64,000 nucleotides of DNA from NCBI GenBank assembly GCA_964016885.1, contig OZ024742.1, forward strand, positions 222,084,001 through 222,148,000, given 5' to 3'. A program made the translations under genes and the position numbers. Under the pieces are notes generated by a model, which was not told where the DNA came from, ran no database searches, and saw only the letters and a list, made by a program, of their open reading frames with translations. Below are positions 13,371-25,890 of this stretch, in pieces. This stretch comes from Eledone cirrhosa (taxonomy: Eukaryota). How positions within the stretch are numbered: the first letter of the stretch is position 1; each line of letters starts with the position of its first letter.

Positions 13371-16300
13371 AACACCAAAAACACCAACAACGCAAACAAA
13401 ACAAGACACACACACCAAACAGCAACAAGAAGAAAATAGCAACAAAATCAGCCCTCCCCCCAAAAAAAGTACACAGCCATAAACATGGCAAAAAAAGAAC
13501 TCATACAATATATAAAACAGCACACAGACATCACATAAAAAAACTACTACACCCCATCTACACCAAGAACTCTCCCGACAAACATAAGCATCATTGAAAT
13601 CTCAATAGAACAGTACAAACCTTTAAAACAAAAATTCCCCAACGCAATTGGAGACTTCAGAGGGTAGGTTACCAAGAGGATATACACTGACATCCTCTTG
13701 GAAACACCCATGACCAGCGAAAGGGACGGTTCTACTGTCCCTTCACCACACGATCAAGGTAAGTGACCCTTTCTCACTTGCCCCGTTTCTCATCCAGCAT
13801 GGTCGTACTCAGAATAGGCAGTATAAATGCACGTGGCCTGGGGTCATCTTGGAAGCAGGGTCACCTGCTCAACGACCTCAGGTCACTAAACATAGATGTG
13901 GTGGCCATCAGTGAGACTAGAATCTCCGAAGCACAAGCCTTCGCACCGATCTTCGGCGGCTACGATGTATACGCATCTCCCAGCCGTCCAGGATCGGGGG
14001 GAGGGGTTGCCGTCCTTTTTCGGAGAGACTTGGATCTGGCCATACGGGTCATCTTCCTAAACTCAGAAGGTAAGTCGGTAGTGCTGGACGTGACCGGCAG
14101 CGAAGGTAATGCTTTCAGGCTAGTAGCCGTCTACGCCCCATCAGGGGCAGGACGGCCAGATTTCTTCAGACGTCTAGAGACCTTTCTTGGAACGTCCCGC
14201 TCTTTAGTGTTAGTGGGCGACTGGAACGGTATCTCGGATGCACGTTGGGATTGTGTGAGGCTAGTGGATATGGGAGGAGGGTGCAAGAGCCTCACCAACC
14301 TGCTCAGACGTTTTGAACTGTCTGACAGGTATCGACTGGATCACCCGAATGTGCCAATGTGGACATGGACAAACCGCATTGGGTCATCCAGATCGTATCT
14401 CTATAGGGTATTCTGCAGAGAACTAGATAAGGCTAGTATAAGTTGTCCACAATTTAAAATAGTCAACTACACAGACCACAAATTTGTGATCTGTGAGATC
14501 GACATAGACAGACTTCATAGACAAGGGCCCGGTTACTGGAAGCTGAACGCGTCTTTCCCGGCGTGCAAAGCCTACAGAGACCAGATTAGCGTATTAGTTA
14601 AGCGGGCGTTGACGGGAGCGCTCGTAAACAACAGGTGGTGGTTCGCCCTGAAAAGGGCAATTAAAGTAGAGTCGATTAGGTTTAGCAAAGGAGTAGTGGT
14701 AGAGGAAAATAGAGTAGAGGGAAAGCTAGTCAGAAAGCTAGAAGAGGCGTTTAGAACAGGCATCGCAACCGACGTGCTTGCGGCGAGATTGGCACTCGAC
14801 CAATTCTTCAACGCAAAACACGAAGGCTGCGTTGTCAGAGCTAGAGCGCGTGCTCTGAAACACGAGGGGACAAAAGCCGTCCATTAGGCTCGGGTGGCAG
14901 AGGCGCGACGTGGCAACAAAGCCACAATTCGGTCTTTGTCTGACCAAAACGGGTGCGTGATGCTCGAACCCGAGCGGATGTGTGAAGCTTTTCAGCAGCA
15001 CTTTGCTGAACTGTTCGGGAGCGGCGGCGGCCCGGATCGGGGCGTGGACTTCAGTGCATACCTCGACGGACTGCCTCGGCTCTCGACAGCCGCAGCACAG
15101 TGTTGCGAAAAGCCAATAACAGCCGGTGAAATACGGGAAGCGATGGCTAACTGCACAAGGGGTAAATCGCCAGGTTTGGATGGTCTGCCCTACGAGCTTT
15201 ATGCATTTATGCCAGACTTGTTCGGTGACCTCTTGGCAGACGTCTACTGCAACTGGCAGCAGAACGGGAGCATTCCCAGTTTTGTGAGCCGGGGAGCAGT
15301 GGCGCTGCTGAGAAAAGATCCGAACAAGGGGGATGTTATCGATAATTTCAGGCCCATAACCCTGCTAAACGCAGAGTTCAAGATTTTGGCCAAGGTGTTA
15401 GCAACGAGGTTGGCACTTGTCGTCAAGGGTCTGGTGGGAGAGGCGCAGACATGCGCCATTCCGGACAGATCCATACACGACAACCTCCACCTCGTGCGAT
15501 ACATCATAGAGAGGGTGGTTAAGGAACCTGGCACAGGTGGGGCCCTGATCAACTTGGATCAATCCTAACATTCGATAGGGTCGACCATCGGTACCTGGCG
15601 ACGGCCCTCGAAATAGCTGGTTTCGGGCCCGTTTTCAGGGGTTGGATCGCAACAATGTACAACGACATCTGCTCAGTTGTGAGGGTGAACGATCACATTG
15701 TCGCAGCCGTTCAGCATCATGCGCTCAGTCCGCCAGGGTTGTCCCCTCTCGTCCCTCTTGTACGTATTGGCTCTCGAGCCGTTACTGCACAAACAGGGGG
15801 CGATGATGGGCGTCCCACGCGAACTAGGATGCGAGCACCAGACACGTCCAGATTCTCGGCACCGCTCTCAAGGAATACGAAGCGGTGACAGGAGCAAAGA
15901 TAAACCAGGAAAAGTCGGTGGGCTTGCAGCTCAGCACCTGGAGAGGCAAGTCCATACCGTCCGACAGCGTTGTGGGGCGTTGGACGGACAGACTGGTTAA
16001 ATTGCTCGGGGTCTGGTTCGGACCGGACCTCCAGATGGAGAAAAACTGGAACGAGGTGACGAGTAGGGTGGCCTCACTCACCCAGAAATGGGCCGAGAGG
16101 AAGCTGTCCCTGAAAGGCCGGGCGGAGGTGGCGAATACGTACATCGCATCCGTCATCTGCTACCGCCTCACCGTCGTCCCTTGCTCCAGCCCAACTCTCA
16201 CCAAAATGGAGCGCCTCCTCTTCCGCTTTTTGTGGAAGGGACGCGCTCCCATAGTCAGACGATCCATCTGCTGTCAACACCCGTTGCATGAAGGACTGGG

Positions 16301-17474
16301 CATGCCATGGCTGATGATGCGCAAACATGATGCGCAAACATGCCATGGCTGAGGCTGCGACATCTCTGGTGCTTTCTTGATGGTGAACAGGTGTGGTCGC
16401 CGTTCGCCAGGCACATTTTCCCACAGCTCGTCTCCTTGACGGAGCTGCAGTCCTGGGTCAGAAAAAGACCGAGGGATAGCGCTTGGAAACTGGAATGTCT
16501 CCAGGCGCTCACTGCCTTCTGCCAGCTGGGCACCAGTATCGGTGGAACGTCCACCTCGGCGTTCTATAGAGGACTAGTTGAGGGGAAGAGCGACGACATT
16601 CTCGGAGAGATCCTGGGCGTCGAAGAAGATCAGCTGTTTGCTCTCTTCCAGAGAACTTTCAGCCCGGGGCCTATGGATAACTTCCAAAAATCCCTGGCCT
16701 GGCAGTGCTACCGGGGAGCGCTGCCGGTTCGAGATGAGCTCTACAGGCACGGAAGTGCCGTCAGCCGAGCCTGTCCGAGATGCGCGCAGAGCGACGAAAC
16801 CGTCGTGCACGCACTCGTTCAGTGCCCGAGCATTACTGACTTGTGGAGCTATGTCGAACAGTTGCTGTCGCGTGTAGGACTGATCCGGTTGTCGACTGAG
16901 TCCATTGTGCAGATGGTCTCGCCGTCTTCCTTCGAGGAGGAAGGGCAGGTTGTTTTCATCTGCCTGGTGGCCATGGCGAAAGAGATTGTGTGGTGGACAA
17001 GGTTGAAAGGGTTAAAGACAGACACTTTCCTCTTCGGCGAATCCCTAATTAACTTTTTCGAGTTTCACTTGAAGAGGAAAATCAGGGTGGAGAGGCAAGT
17101 GCTGCCTTCTAGCAAGTTTGTTGAAAGGTGGGTGAATGTAGCGAGAATAGTCCGAGAATATACGTCTGTAGTTTGAGAGATGGAAAAATTGAGAGAGGGC
17201 GCTTGCCCTGGTGGTCAGGGTGGCCGTGGTCTTTTGTGTGGTTTTCGCCACGAGTAACCCTCGGAGGTTTCCCCCCTATTGGGGAATTTTTCATTGTTTC
17301 AATTTTCATTTTTATTGTTTATATATATATATGTTTCTATGTCCTTTTTTTTTCTTTTCTTATATAAATAATAAAAATATTTACACGCACAAAACCCACA
17401 TCGTACCGTCCTGTACCGTCCTGTGCCGTCAGTAATATTTTTCTTGATGTCACCCCTTGTGGCCAATAAAGAAA

Positions 17475-17476
<2 letters not shown>
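13370..17476 (+). mobile_element. L1/Tx1-type LINE, 5'-truncated within ORF1, ORF2 disrupted
   Basis: ORF1 remnant IEISIEQYKPLKQKF. ORF2 has endonuclease (INARG, SET, GDWN, TDH), RT (KSPGLDGL, FRPITLLN, RQGCPLS) and zinc finger CPRC..ETVVHALVQC. 3' UTR ends aataaagaaatc then (ATT)n. Confidence 0.92.
13799..17176 (+). pseudogene. ORF2 (APE-RT-CCHC) with stop, frameshifts and loss of the YADD segment
   Basis: ORFs 13763-14887, 14894-15568, 15698-16000, 15885-16352 and 16340-17176 are collinear with ORF 35142-37967. Confidence 0.9.
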
Positions 17477-17560
<84 letters not shown>

Positions 17561-17561
<1 letters not shown>

Positions 17562-18343
17562 TTTGAGTCTCAGTCATTGATGTTAGTTAACTGGAAAGTT
17601 TGTTGAAATGAATATCAAGCCACTACCTGCAGCCTCAGATATTCAGGACGTATCGGAGGGTTCTTGCTGTTCCCAGCAAGCATGCCTTTTGAAATGTTCC
17701 AAAAAGCGTGAAGGGGCCAATTTTCTTTAACCATCCCTGGAAACTTTTTGAGATAGTACCTAGTGCGCCTATGACAATCGGGACCACTTTGGCTTCATGG
17801 CAGTTCCAAATCCTTTTTACCTCCCACTTTAAGTCCTGGTATCGGTTAATTTTCTCCCTCTCCTTCTCTTGCACTCTCGTGTCGAATGGGCAGGCCACAT
17901 CCACAATCAGGCACGACCTTTTTTCTTTGTCCACAACCACCAGGTCAGGTCTATTGTGTTCCAGTTTCTTGTCCGTCTGTATCCTAAAATCCCACAGCAC
18001 CTTCACCTGATCGTTTTCTATCACCGACTCTGGCTTATGCTCATACCACTTCTCAGAATGTGGTAAATTGTTTACTTTGCATAGGTGCCAGTGGATCACC
18101 CTGCCCATCACATCATGTCTCCAGCCCTTATAGTGAGTCTGGGCTAGGTGTTTACACTCGGATACAATGTGAGCCACAGTCTCCTCTCTCTCTCCACAGA
18201 TCCTGCACAGTGGGCTAGCCTCCTCCTTGTAAATATGGTGTTTCAACCACTTCGTTTTCAGGGCCTGCTCTTGTGCAGCCATTAACATTCCTTCTGTAGC
18301 CTTTTTAAGGTCTCCTCTTTTCAACCAGTTCCATGTCTGTGGA
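17561..18343 (-). mobile_element. R4/Dong-type non-LTR retrotransposon, 5'-truncated (RLE domain)
   Basis: [26 protein letters not shown]. (TAA)n on both sides. Confidence 0.92.
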
Positions 18344-18375
18344 TTATTATTATTATTATTATTATTGTTGTTATT

Positions 18376-20318
18376 CCTTGAATCTCAGTCATTGATGTTG
18401 GTTAACTGGAAAGTCCGTTGGAATGAATATCAAGCCACTACCTGCAGCCTCAGATATTCAGGACGTATCGGAGGGTTCTTGCTGTTCCAAGCAAGCATGC
18501 CTTTTGAAGCGTTCCAAAAAGCGTGAAGGGGCCGATTTTCTTTAACCATCCCTGGAAACTTTTGGAGATAGTCCCCAGTGCGCCTATGACAATCGGGATC
18601 ACTTTGACTTCATGGCAGTTCCAAATCCTTTTCACCTCCCACTTTAGGTCCTGGTATCGGTTAATTTTCTCCCTCTCCTTCTCTTGCACTCTCGTGTCGA
18701 AAGGGCAGGCCACATCCACAATCAGACACGATCTTTTTTCTTTGTCCAAAACCACCAGGTCAGGTCTATTGTGTTCCAGTTTTTTGTCCGTCTGTATCCT
18801 AAAATCCCACAGCACCTTCACCTGATTGTTCTCCATCACCGCCTCTGGCCTATGCTCATACCATTTCTCAGAATGTGGTAAATTGTTTACTTTGCCCAGG
18901 TGCCAGTGGATCACCCTGCCCATCACATCGTGTCTCCAGCCCTTATAGTGGGTCTGGGCTAGGTGTTTACACTCGGACACAATGTGAGCCACAGTCTCCT
19001 CTCTCTCTCCACAGATCCTGCACAGTGGGCTAGCCTCCTCCTTGTAAATATGGTGCTTCAACCACTTCGTTTTGAGGGCCTGCTCCTGCGCAGCCATTAG
19101 CATTCCTTCTGTAGCCTTTTTGAGGTCTCCTCTTCTCAACCAGTTCCATGTCTGTGGATCTCTAAATTCAGTTTTCTCAAAGAAGGTACTATGAAGGGAT
19201 TTTCCCTTAAGGCTGCTCTTCCTCCTTGATGTTATTTCCTCCTTGGACATCCCCTGGCCTACTGTCCCCTCCTTCAGTACAGTTCTGAGCATTGGCTCCT
19301 TACTATAGGTCACGTATTTGTATAGGTTGTTTTTCTCTATCCGAACACAGTCCTCTATGCTGATAAGACCTCTTCCACCCTCAGATCTCCTTAGGTAGAG
19401 TCTATCGACATCACTCCTCTTGTGGAACATGTTGTAGATAGTCAATAGCTTCCTAGTCTTCCTATCCATTTCTTTTTGTTCAGCAACATTCCATCTCAGA
19501 ATTCCCGCACTGTACCTAATAATAGACACAGCTCGGGAATTTACTGCGCTTATGGCATTTCTGCTGTTCAAATGTGACTTCAATACGCTCCTTACTCTCC
19601 GAATGTATTCAGTTCTTAACAATTCCTTCATTTTTTTGTTCTTTATGCCATCAGCCTCCAGAACGCCCAAATACTTGTATCCTTCCTCAGAGTCAATTTC
19701 CTTTATCATCTCACCTGTTGGTATCTGGATCCCGTTACTTCTGCTCAACCTACCCCTCCTCATCACAATGACTCCACATTTACTAATACCAAACTGCATA
19801 CATATATCACTGCTGAAAATACGGACAGTGTCAACAAGCACATCCAACTCCTTCTCACTTTTCCCGAAGAGCTTAAGATCGTCCATGAAGAGGAGGTGAT
19901 TGATGGTAAGCTCTCCCTTTCCCAACTTGTATCCTGCTCTCACTTTTCGCAGCATAATGGTCAAGGGTATCAGGGCAAGGACAAACAACAGAGGGGACAG
20001 GCTATCTCCCTGGAAGATACCTCTCTTGATCTTCACGCTTCCCAAGGATACTCCAGTTGATGTCAACTCTGTCTCCCAGGACCCCATACTCCTGCCCAGA
20101 AACTGTCTGATGTTATCTGCCACCCTGAAGATCTCCAGGCTTTTGGTGATCCAAGAATGAGGCACCATGTCAAATGCCTTTCTGTAGTCTATCCATCCCA
20201 TGGCAAGATCAGTGTGTCTCCTCCTGCAATTCCCCATTACCATCTTATCAATAAGTAACTGGTCCTTTGTACCACGTGACTTCTTTCGGCATCCTGTACA
20301 ACGTGACTTCTTTCGGCA

Positions 20319-20319
<1 letters not shown>
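18376..20319 (-). mobile_element. R4/Dong-type non-LTR retrotransposon, 5'-truncated (RT plus RLE)
   Basis: Flanked by (TAA)n. 3' part nearly identical to 17561-18343. 19-bp duplication at the 5' junction. Confidence 0.95.
18450..20300 (-). CDS. Uninterrupted RT plus restriction-like endonuclease frame, lacking the native N-terminus
   Basis: [48 protein letters not shown] motifs. The first ~35 aa of the tracked ORF are flanking repeat. Confidence 0.85.
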   Translation of the reverse strand, partial: CTGCRKKSRGTKDQLLIDKMVMGNCRRRHTDLAMGWIDYRKAFDMVPHSWITKSLEIFRVADNIRQFLGRSMGSWETELTSTGVSLGSVKIKRGIFQGDSLSPLLFVLALIPLTIMLRKVRAGYKLGKGELTINHLLFMDDLKLFGKSEKELDVLVDTVRIFSSDICMQFGISKCGVIVMRRGRLSRSNGIQIPTGEMIKEIDSEEGYKYLGVLEADGIKNKKMKELLRTEYIRRVRSVLKSHLNSRNAISAVNSRAVSIIRYSAGILRWNVAEQKEMDRKTRKLLTIYNMFHKRSDVDRLYLRRSEGGRGLISIEDCVRIEKNNLYKYVTYSKEPMLRTVLKEGTVGQGMSKEEITSRRKSSLKGKSLHSTFFEKTEFRDPQTWNWLRRGDLKKATEGMLMAAQEQALKTKWLKHHIYKEEASPLCRICGEREETVAHIVSECKHLAQTHYKGWRHDVMGRVIHWHLGKVNNLPHSEKWYEHRPEAVMENNQVKVLWDFRIQTDKKLEHNRPDLVVLDKEKRSCLIVDVACPFDTRVQEKEREKINRYQDLKWEVKRIWNCHEVKVIPIVIGALGTISKSFQGWLKKIGPFTLFGTLQKACLLGTARTLRYVLNI

Positions 20320-20362
<43 letters not shown>

Positions 20363-20808
20363 AACTTAAGAAAATTAACAAAGAGAGGACAAGACAAAGG
20401 ACGGATACACACATACATATGCGCGCGCGTGTGTGTGTGTGTGTGTGCAGCTGCTTCTCCCTCTATCTATCTGTCTGTATGTATGTGTGTATATGTGTGC
20501 GTGAGTGCGTGTATGTGTGTGTGGGGTGGGGTGGGGGGCATGTTTGTGTGCTTACAAGCGTGTGTGTGTGTTTATGTGTGTGTGTGGTAATGTGTGTGTG
20601 CTTGTCCGCGTGTGTATGTATGTGTATGTACCTATAACACCAACTAACATTACATTACATAAAGATTGGTCATGTGCTTTGAGCAGAGAAATCAATATTT
20701 AACACCATTCAAACCAATCGCAGTATTCTATTTCTTCCTACAGACACGCCAACACTACCAACACACCCACAGACACATATTCATACATAAACATATTCAT
20801 ACATAAAC

Positions 20809-20839
<31 letters not shown>

Positions 20840-21035
20840 TAAAGATTCAGCAAGAATCGCATTTTGGCGAGACGCAAAAATCAGAAATGATACTGGCAAA
20901 GTGCTCAATAGTTAAAAACCAGAGCTAAACAATGTGTTAAGAAGCCATACAAAACTGAAAAGGTGGTCAAGAAAGCATTAACCACCCAAGCCAAAAACCA
21001 AATCAAGCTAAACTGGTCAAAACAAAATAAATGAT
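20840..21035 (-). mobile_element. Short TA-flanked repeat, family E
   Basis: Diverged reverse complement of 41950-42157. The end motif also occurs at 41410-41462. Confidence 0.6.
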
Positions 21036-21051
21036 AAAAAATAAGTGATAA

Positions 21052-21100
<49 letters not shown>

Positions 21101-21103
<3 letters not shown>

Positions 21104-22637
21104 ATAATAATAAATTTGAAGACTAAAATTCAAAGAGGGCTCGATAAGGACAAATATATATCAAATATATAAGAACCGTAGAGCAAATATTTATTAAAAT
21201 AACAGATTAAAGCTTAAGCAAAGAATCGCTGCTTTCACCCTCCCTAACCGGGAAATGCCTCTCTAGTAACATTGTCTACAAATGTAAGGTTGAAACACCC
21301 ACGTCCCGTAGGGCCTACATAGGGTTAACCGCCAATAGATTCAAGCAGCGTCATTACATGCATACCCATTTTTTTCGTTACTCTCTAAGAAGGAATATGA
21401 CGTCACTTTCAGCTTATATCTGGAGTCTAAAAGACAACCACACCCAATATAAGTTACATTGGGAGATCCTAGCTAGGGCTAGATCGTATAACGGAAATAA
21501 AAAACCATGAGACCTCTGCTGGAAATACTCTACGCCGCAGACCACATCTTAAACAAAAAATCTGAGGCAATTTCGGCTTGTAAACATAAATTGCACAAAA
21601 CTTTCCTGTATTACAGCCCCACGTTATACCCTAACGGATAGTACGATCTATACGTGGATATTTTACGTCTTGATGTGGTAGCTAAGTATATGTTTTGTTT
21701 ATACCATTACTTATATTCATAGGTAAGTATATATTACCTGTATGTTTTGTGAAGGTACGTATACTTTCTCGTACGTATATTTGATTGTATATGTTATGGT
21801 GTATAATTTTATATATTGGTTATGTGTATACGGGAGTTTTGCGTCTGTGTGATTATGCAGGTTCGTACGTATGTAGGGTGTGTGTATATGTGTACTTCAT
21901 GTTTTGGTTGACTTACGTCTCCGAATTTTTGTGTATTTGCATGTAGGTATGTGTGTGCGCTTGTTATATACGTATTTATTTATTTTTATACGTTTATTTA
22001 ATTATTTATTTATTTGTATACACGCACACGCACACACACACACACATATTTATATGTTCGTGGTTTTGTATACCTATGGTAAGTGTTTTCGCGTATGCTT
22101 GTGTATGTACGTATTTGTATGCGTGTATGTATTTATTTAATTTCTATTACCTCTGTATTGTATTTATTTACTTTATTCTTAACTCTGAAGCGGAGATTCA
22201 TTTGGTCTCCTAGTTAGAATTTTAGTCTACAACTTCTGCTATACCATTTACGTGGTTTTGTCTTTGCGTGCAATTGTTCTCCACGCTCCACATATGACGT
22301 ATTATCTTCGTTTCATTGCCAGAGAACGTCTCCATGAACCACCTAAGAGAACATTAGTCTACGACTTCTTTTATACCCTAAACGTGGTTCTGTCTTTGCG
22401 CGTAATTGTTTTTCACCGCTCCTATTAATGACGTATTATATTCGTTTTTCCCCGTTCTTTGCCAGCGAACGTTTCTACGAACCAAAGTATCGTCTTCCTG
22501 TCTTCCTCCGGTTGCAATGTTTTTTGAAATATCCACTTCTGCGTTTACAGATCGAGTTTGTTAGTTTCAGAAAATCCCGTTAAGGGTGAAAGCAGCGATT
22601 CTTTGCTTAAGCTTTAATCTGTTATTTTAATAAATAT
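21101..22637 (+). mobile_element. Penelope-like element 3' end (family C) with an inverted tail arm at its 5' side
   Basis: LNKKSEAISACKHK at ~21550-21590 is a PLE C-terminal motif. 21101-21240 is the inverted copy of the 3' end plus tail. (TA)n flanks. Confidence 0.8.
22563..22613 (+). ncRNA. Type I hammerhead ribozyme with decayed core (family C)
   Basis: AGUUU-cagaaaa-U-CCC GUUAA GGG-U-GAA-AGCA..UGCU-U^AAGCU. The intact CUGAAGA core is seen in the copy at 55750-55791 (minus). Confidence 0.65.
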
Positions 22638-22654
22638 ATATATATATATATATA

Positions 22655-22795
22655 TGACAAGATGGTGTGGCAAGATACTAGGTGGACCATAACGCACCAG
22701 CGTACTCGATACTTGGGTGTAGTAGAGTGGGTAATATGAAAAGATTCAGGACCCCGATGGCTGAGCTCCGGCTGTTTCGACACCTAGTTCGGATC
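22655..22795 (-). mobile_element. Diverged family B PLE-tail copy
   Basis: ggtggaccataacgcacc..gggtaata..ggaccccgatggctgagctc. Confidence 0.65.
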
Positions 22796-22881
22796 TATAT
22801 ACACATGTATATATATATATATATGTGTGTGTTTTGTGTGTGTGTGTGTATGTGTGTGTGTGTGTGGAATATATAATATAT

Positions 22882-23075
22882 AATTGTTTCTGTGTTTGGC
22901 ACAAGGCCAGCAATTACCCCAGTGCATTACAGGTAGTTATTTTAGCGATCCCCCGCAGGGATGAAAGGCAAAGTTAACTTCGGTGGGATTTGAACTCAGA
23001 GCGTAAAGGGCCATAACTCTATGCTGTAAAGCATGGCGTTTGACGCTCTACCGATACTGCCAGTCCACCGCTTAT
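22882..23075 (-). mobile_element. tRNA-derived SINE
   Basis: Same SINE core. Confidence 0.85.
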
Positions 23076-23096
23076 ATATAATATATATACATACAC

Positions 23097-23356
23097 AAAA
23101 GTGACACAGAGGAGACTGAGGTTAGCTGGACATGCTCACCGACATCCAGAGTTGACATTGCACTCAGTACTCCTGTGGGAACCCCTACATGGACACACTA
23201 GAAGAGGAAGACCAAGGTTAACGTATGTTGATGCCCTAAGGACAGACACTGGTCTGTTGGAGACGCAGGACATGGCAGCGATAATGAGGGACAGAGACCG
23301 CTGGAGAGAACTCGTCCATGGATCTCGGGAATTTTACCCGCCTTAGATAGATAGAT
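23097..23356 (+). mobile_element. RTE-clade LINE 3' end
   Basis: RRLRLAGH..LLWEP..RRGRPRLTYVD..DR..WR followed by an (AGAT) tail. Confidence 0.85.
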
Positions 23357-23360
23357 ATAT

Positions 23361-23552
23361 ATAGGAACGAGTAGGACCCCGACGGCTGAGCTCAAGCCGT
23401 TTCGACGGCTAATTCTCGACAGAATTAGCCGTCGAAACGGCTTGAGCTCAGCCGTCGGGGTCCTACTCGTTCCTATTACCCACTCTACTACCCTAAGTAT
23501 TGAGTACTTTGGTGCGTTATGGTCCACCTGGTTCCTTACCACATTTCCTTCG

Positions 23553-23554
<2 letters not shown>
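23361..23554 (+). mobile_element. Hairpin PLE-tail element, family B (perfect ~56-bp arms)
   Basis: Perfect palindrome plus tail. Contains the HHR 3' half GAA-ACGGC..GCCGU-C^GGGGUC. Confidence 0.8.
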
Positions 23555-23586
<32 letters not shown>

Positions 23587-23904
23587 GTGTGGAGAGAGAG
23601 GGAGGGTGGGGAGAGATAGAAAGAAGGAATGCAAGGTGTGAGAAAAAGAATGCAAAATCGACCTTAGTACTTCATTCATCGACCTCGAAAGGACGAAAGG
23701 TAAAGTCGCCCTTGGAGGGGTTTGAGAGTCGGCAAGAATAACGCTAAGTATGCTAACCATCGTTCTAACGACTCTGTCAGGTTGTCACCATAACCTATAC
23801 CTTTTATTTGTTTAATTACTACATTTCGTTTCACCCCTAGGAAAGTTATTTGTTAGTTTCCTAAGCATACTTCATCCCCCAATATTGTTATTCTTGCATC
23901 GTTT

Positions 23905-24470
23905 TATCTAAAGACATGACTTGTATTAGTCGTCTTATCTAAAGACATGACTTGTATTAGTCGTCTTATCTAAAGACTTGACTTATATTCGTCGTCTTTC
24001 CTAAAATTATGACATATCTTTTGTCTGATCGAAAGTCTTGACTTATATCATTCGTCTTATTTAAACAGATCTATATCTTATGTCTTATCTAAAGACATGA
24101 CCTATATTATTAGTCTTATCTACAGATATGACTTATATCTTTCGTCTTACCCCAAGACTTGACCTACATTATTCATCTTATCAAAAGATATGACCCATAT
24201 TATTCGTCTTATCAAAAGACATGTCCTATACTATACATGATCTATTATATTTCGTCGTAACTAAAAGCATCACCCATATATTTTGTCTTATCTTAGGATA
24301 TGACCTATATGTGTCGTCTTATCTAAAGATATATCCTTTAGCATTCGTCTTTTCTGAAGATATGACCTATGTTATTCGTTTTATCTAAAGACATCACCTA
24401 TATATTGTGTTTGATCTAAAGACCTGACTATTATTATTCATCTTATCCAAAGATATGATCTATCTCATCT
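23905..24470. repeat. ~30-bp minisatellite CGTCTTATCTAAAGACATGACYTATATTA
   Basis: About 18 diverged units. One further unit resumes at 25641-25670. Confidence 0.85.
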
Positions 24471-24479
24471 CAAGACGAT

Positions 24480-25638
24480 GTTTTCAATAAATATAACTTC
24501 ATAATTAAAGAAATTCAGGGATCTAAACTGTCATCGTCACAATACCACAAATGCGCTAATAATTTTCTGTCTTCGTCAACATCCAAAACATAAACGTACA
24601 CATACCCACCATAATTAAATATAGAATGATATTCAATGCCCCCCCCCCCCCCAGCCCGGCGCTCAGAATGGAGAAGGCGTTTCCCCGAAGGATGGCAAGG
24701 GAGATGCGCTGGAAAAGCCACTCCAATTCGCGGGGCTCACACCTGCGGCTGGCCAGCTCAGCGCCTATGGTGGTGAGTAGGGAGGTAGCCCTAGGGCCGA
24801 GGACACCAGAAGTCTCCACTGCCAGGGGTACAACCGCAAACCTGTCGGAGAGCGACCGGTATCTGAGGAGTTTAGCCTCCTCAGCCCGACGTGCAGCAGA
24901 ACCCAGGTTAATTGCAGACTGCACCAGGTTGCGGCTGCAGATAGTGTCAGTACAAGTGGTATCCCAGACGAGGGGTTTGCCACCGCGGAACGGGAAGATG
25001 GTCATGCCATCTGGTCTTTTGCCGTCCCCTCAGTCCATCCCCACCGGCTCTAGCTGCGAAGGGAAGCCTGCAGCGTCCAAGCCATGCTTTGTGACCTCGT
25101 TGAGGGCAGCATGGCGTGGAAGGCGGACGGCACTGTGGCGACAGGAAAGCGGGTGGAGGCCGAAAGGGTCCTCGGTGGATCCGCAGTGACATTGGTGTGG
25201 CTCGCAGATCCGGAGGCCGAGCCTCAAGGAAACGCCAATGCACAGGCTATTATTGTCTAGCTGCGTGCCAGTGGAGAAGGAGGGCAGAGCATGGAGCCAG
25301 GCACCACTGTGGGGTTTGGAGGCCGCACGAAAACAGGCAAGGCGGTGCTGGTCGAGCTGGCGCGTGAGCCTGTCTGAGGCCAGGCTGCACTGGATGGCAT
25401 CCCAAGTACTTTGGGGAGACTTGACGTCAATAAAGGGAGAAGAAGGAGGGACGTCTACTGGGCTGAGTCCCATCCGGTGCCACGTCTCACAGGAGGCCTC
25501 ACGTTCTCTGAACACAGAGGGTACTATTGTGTTTAGAAGTACCCTGCTGACGAGGACGCGGCACGAGGTTACCGACGAAAGATACGCCGGCAAAGCAAGT
25601 GAGATCGGGGACCGGAGGCCAAGGCCGCCATACCTGAC
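24480..25638 (-). mobile_element. CRE-clade non-LTR retrotransposon 3' fragment (RLE), decayed
   Basis: GGLGLR, SGAWLHALP, LRLGL, H.LSC..RH, RPDG..VWDTT, PLAVETSG, FQRISLAILRGNA. In-frame stop near 25030. Confidence 0.85.
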
Positions 25639-25699
25639 AGTTCGTCTTATCGAAAGACTTGACCTTTATCATTTGACCTCTTTTCATAATGTCCAATGA

Positions 25700-25890
25700 T
25701 AATTGTTTCTACTTTTGGCACAAGGCCAGCAATCACCCAGTACATTACTGGTACTTTATTTTATCGACCCCGTAAGGATGAAAGGCAAAGTTAACCTCGG
25801 CGGGTTTTGAACTCAGTCCGTAAAGGGACGTAACTGTGCTGCAAAGCATGGCGTCTGACCCTCTACCGATACTGCCAATCCACCACCCTT
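25700..25890 (-). mobile_element. tRNA-derived SINE
   Basis: Same SINE core. Confidence 0.85.
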
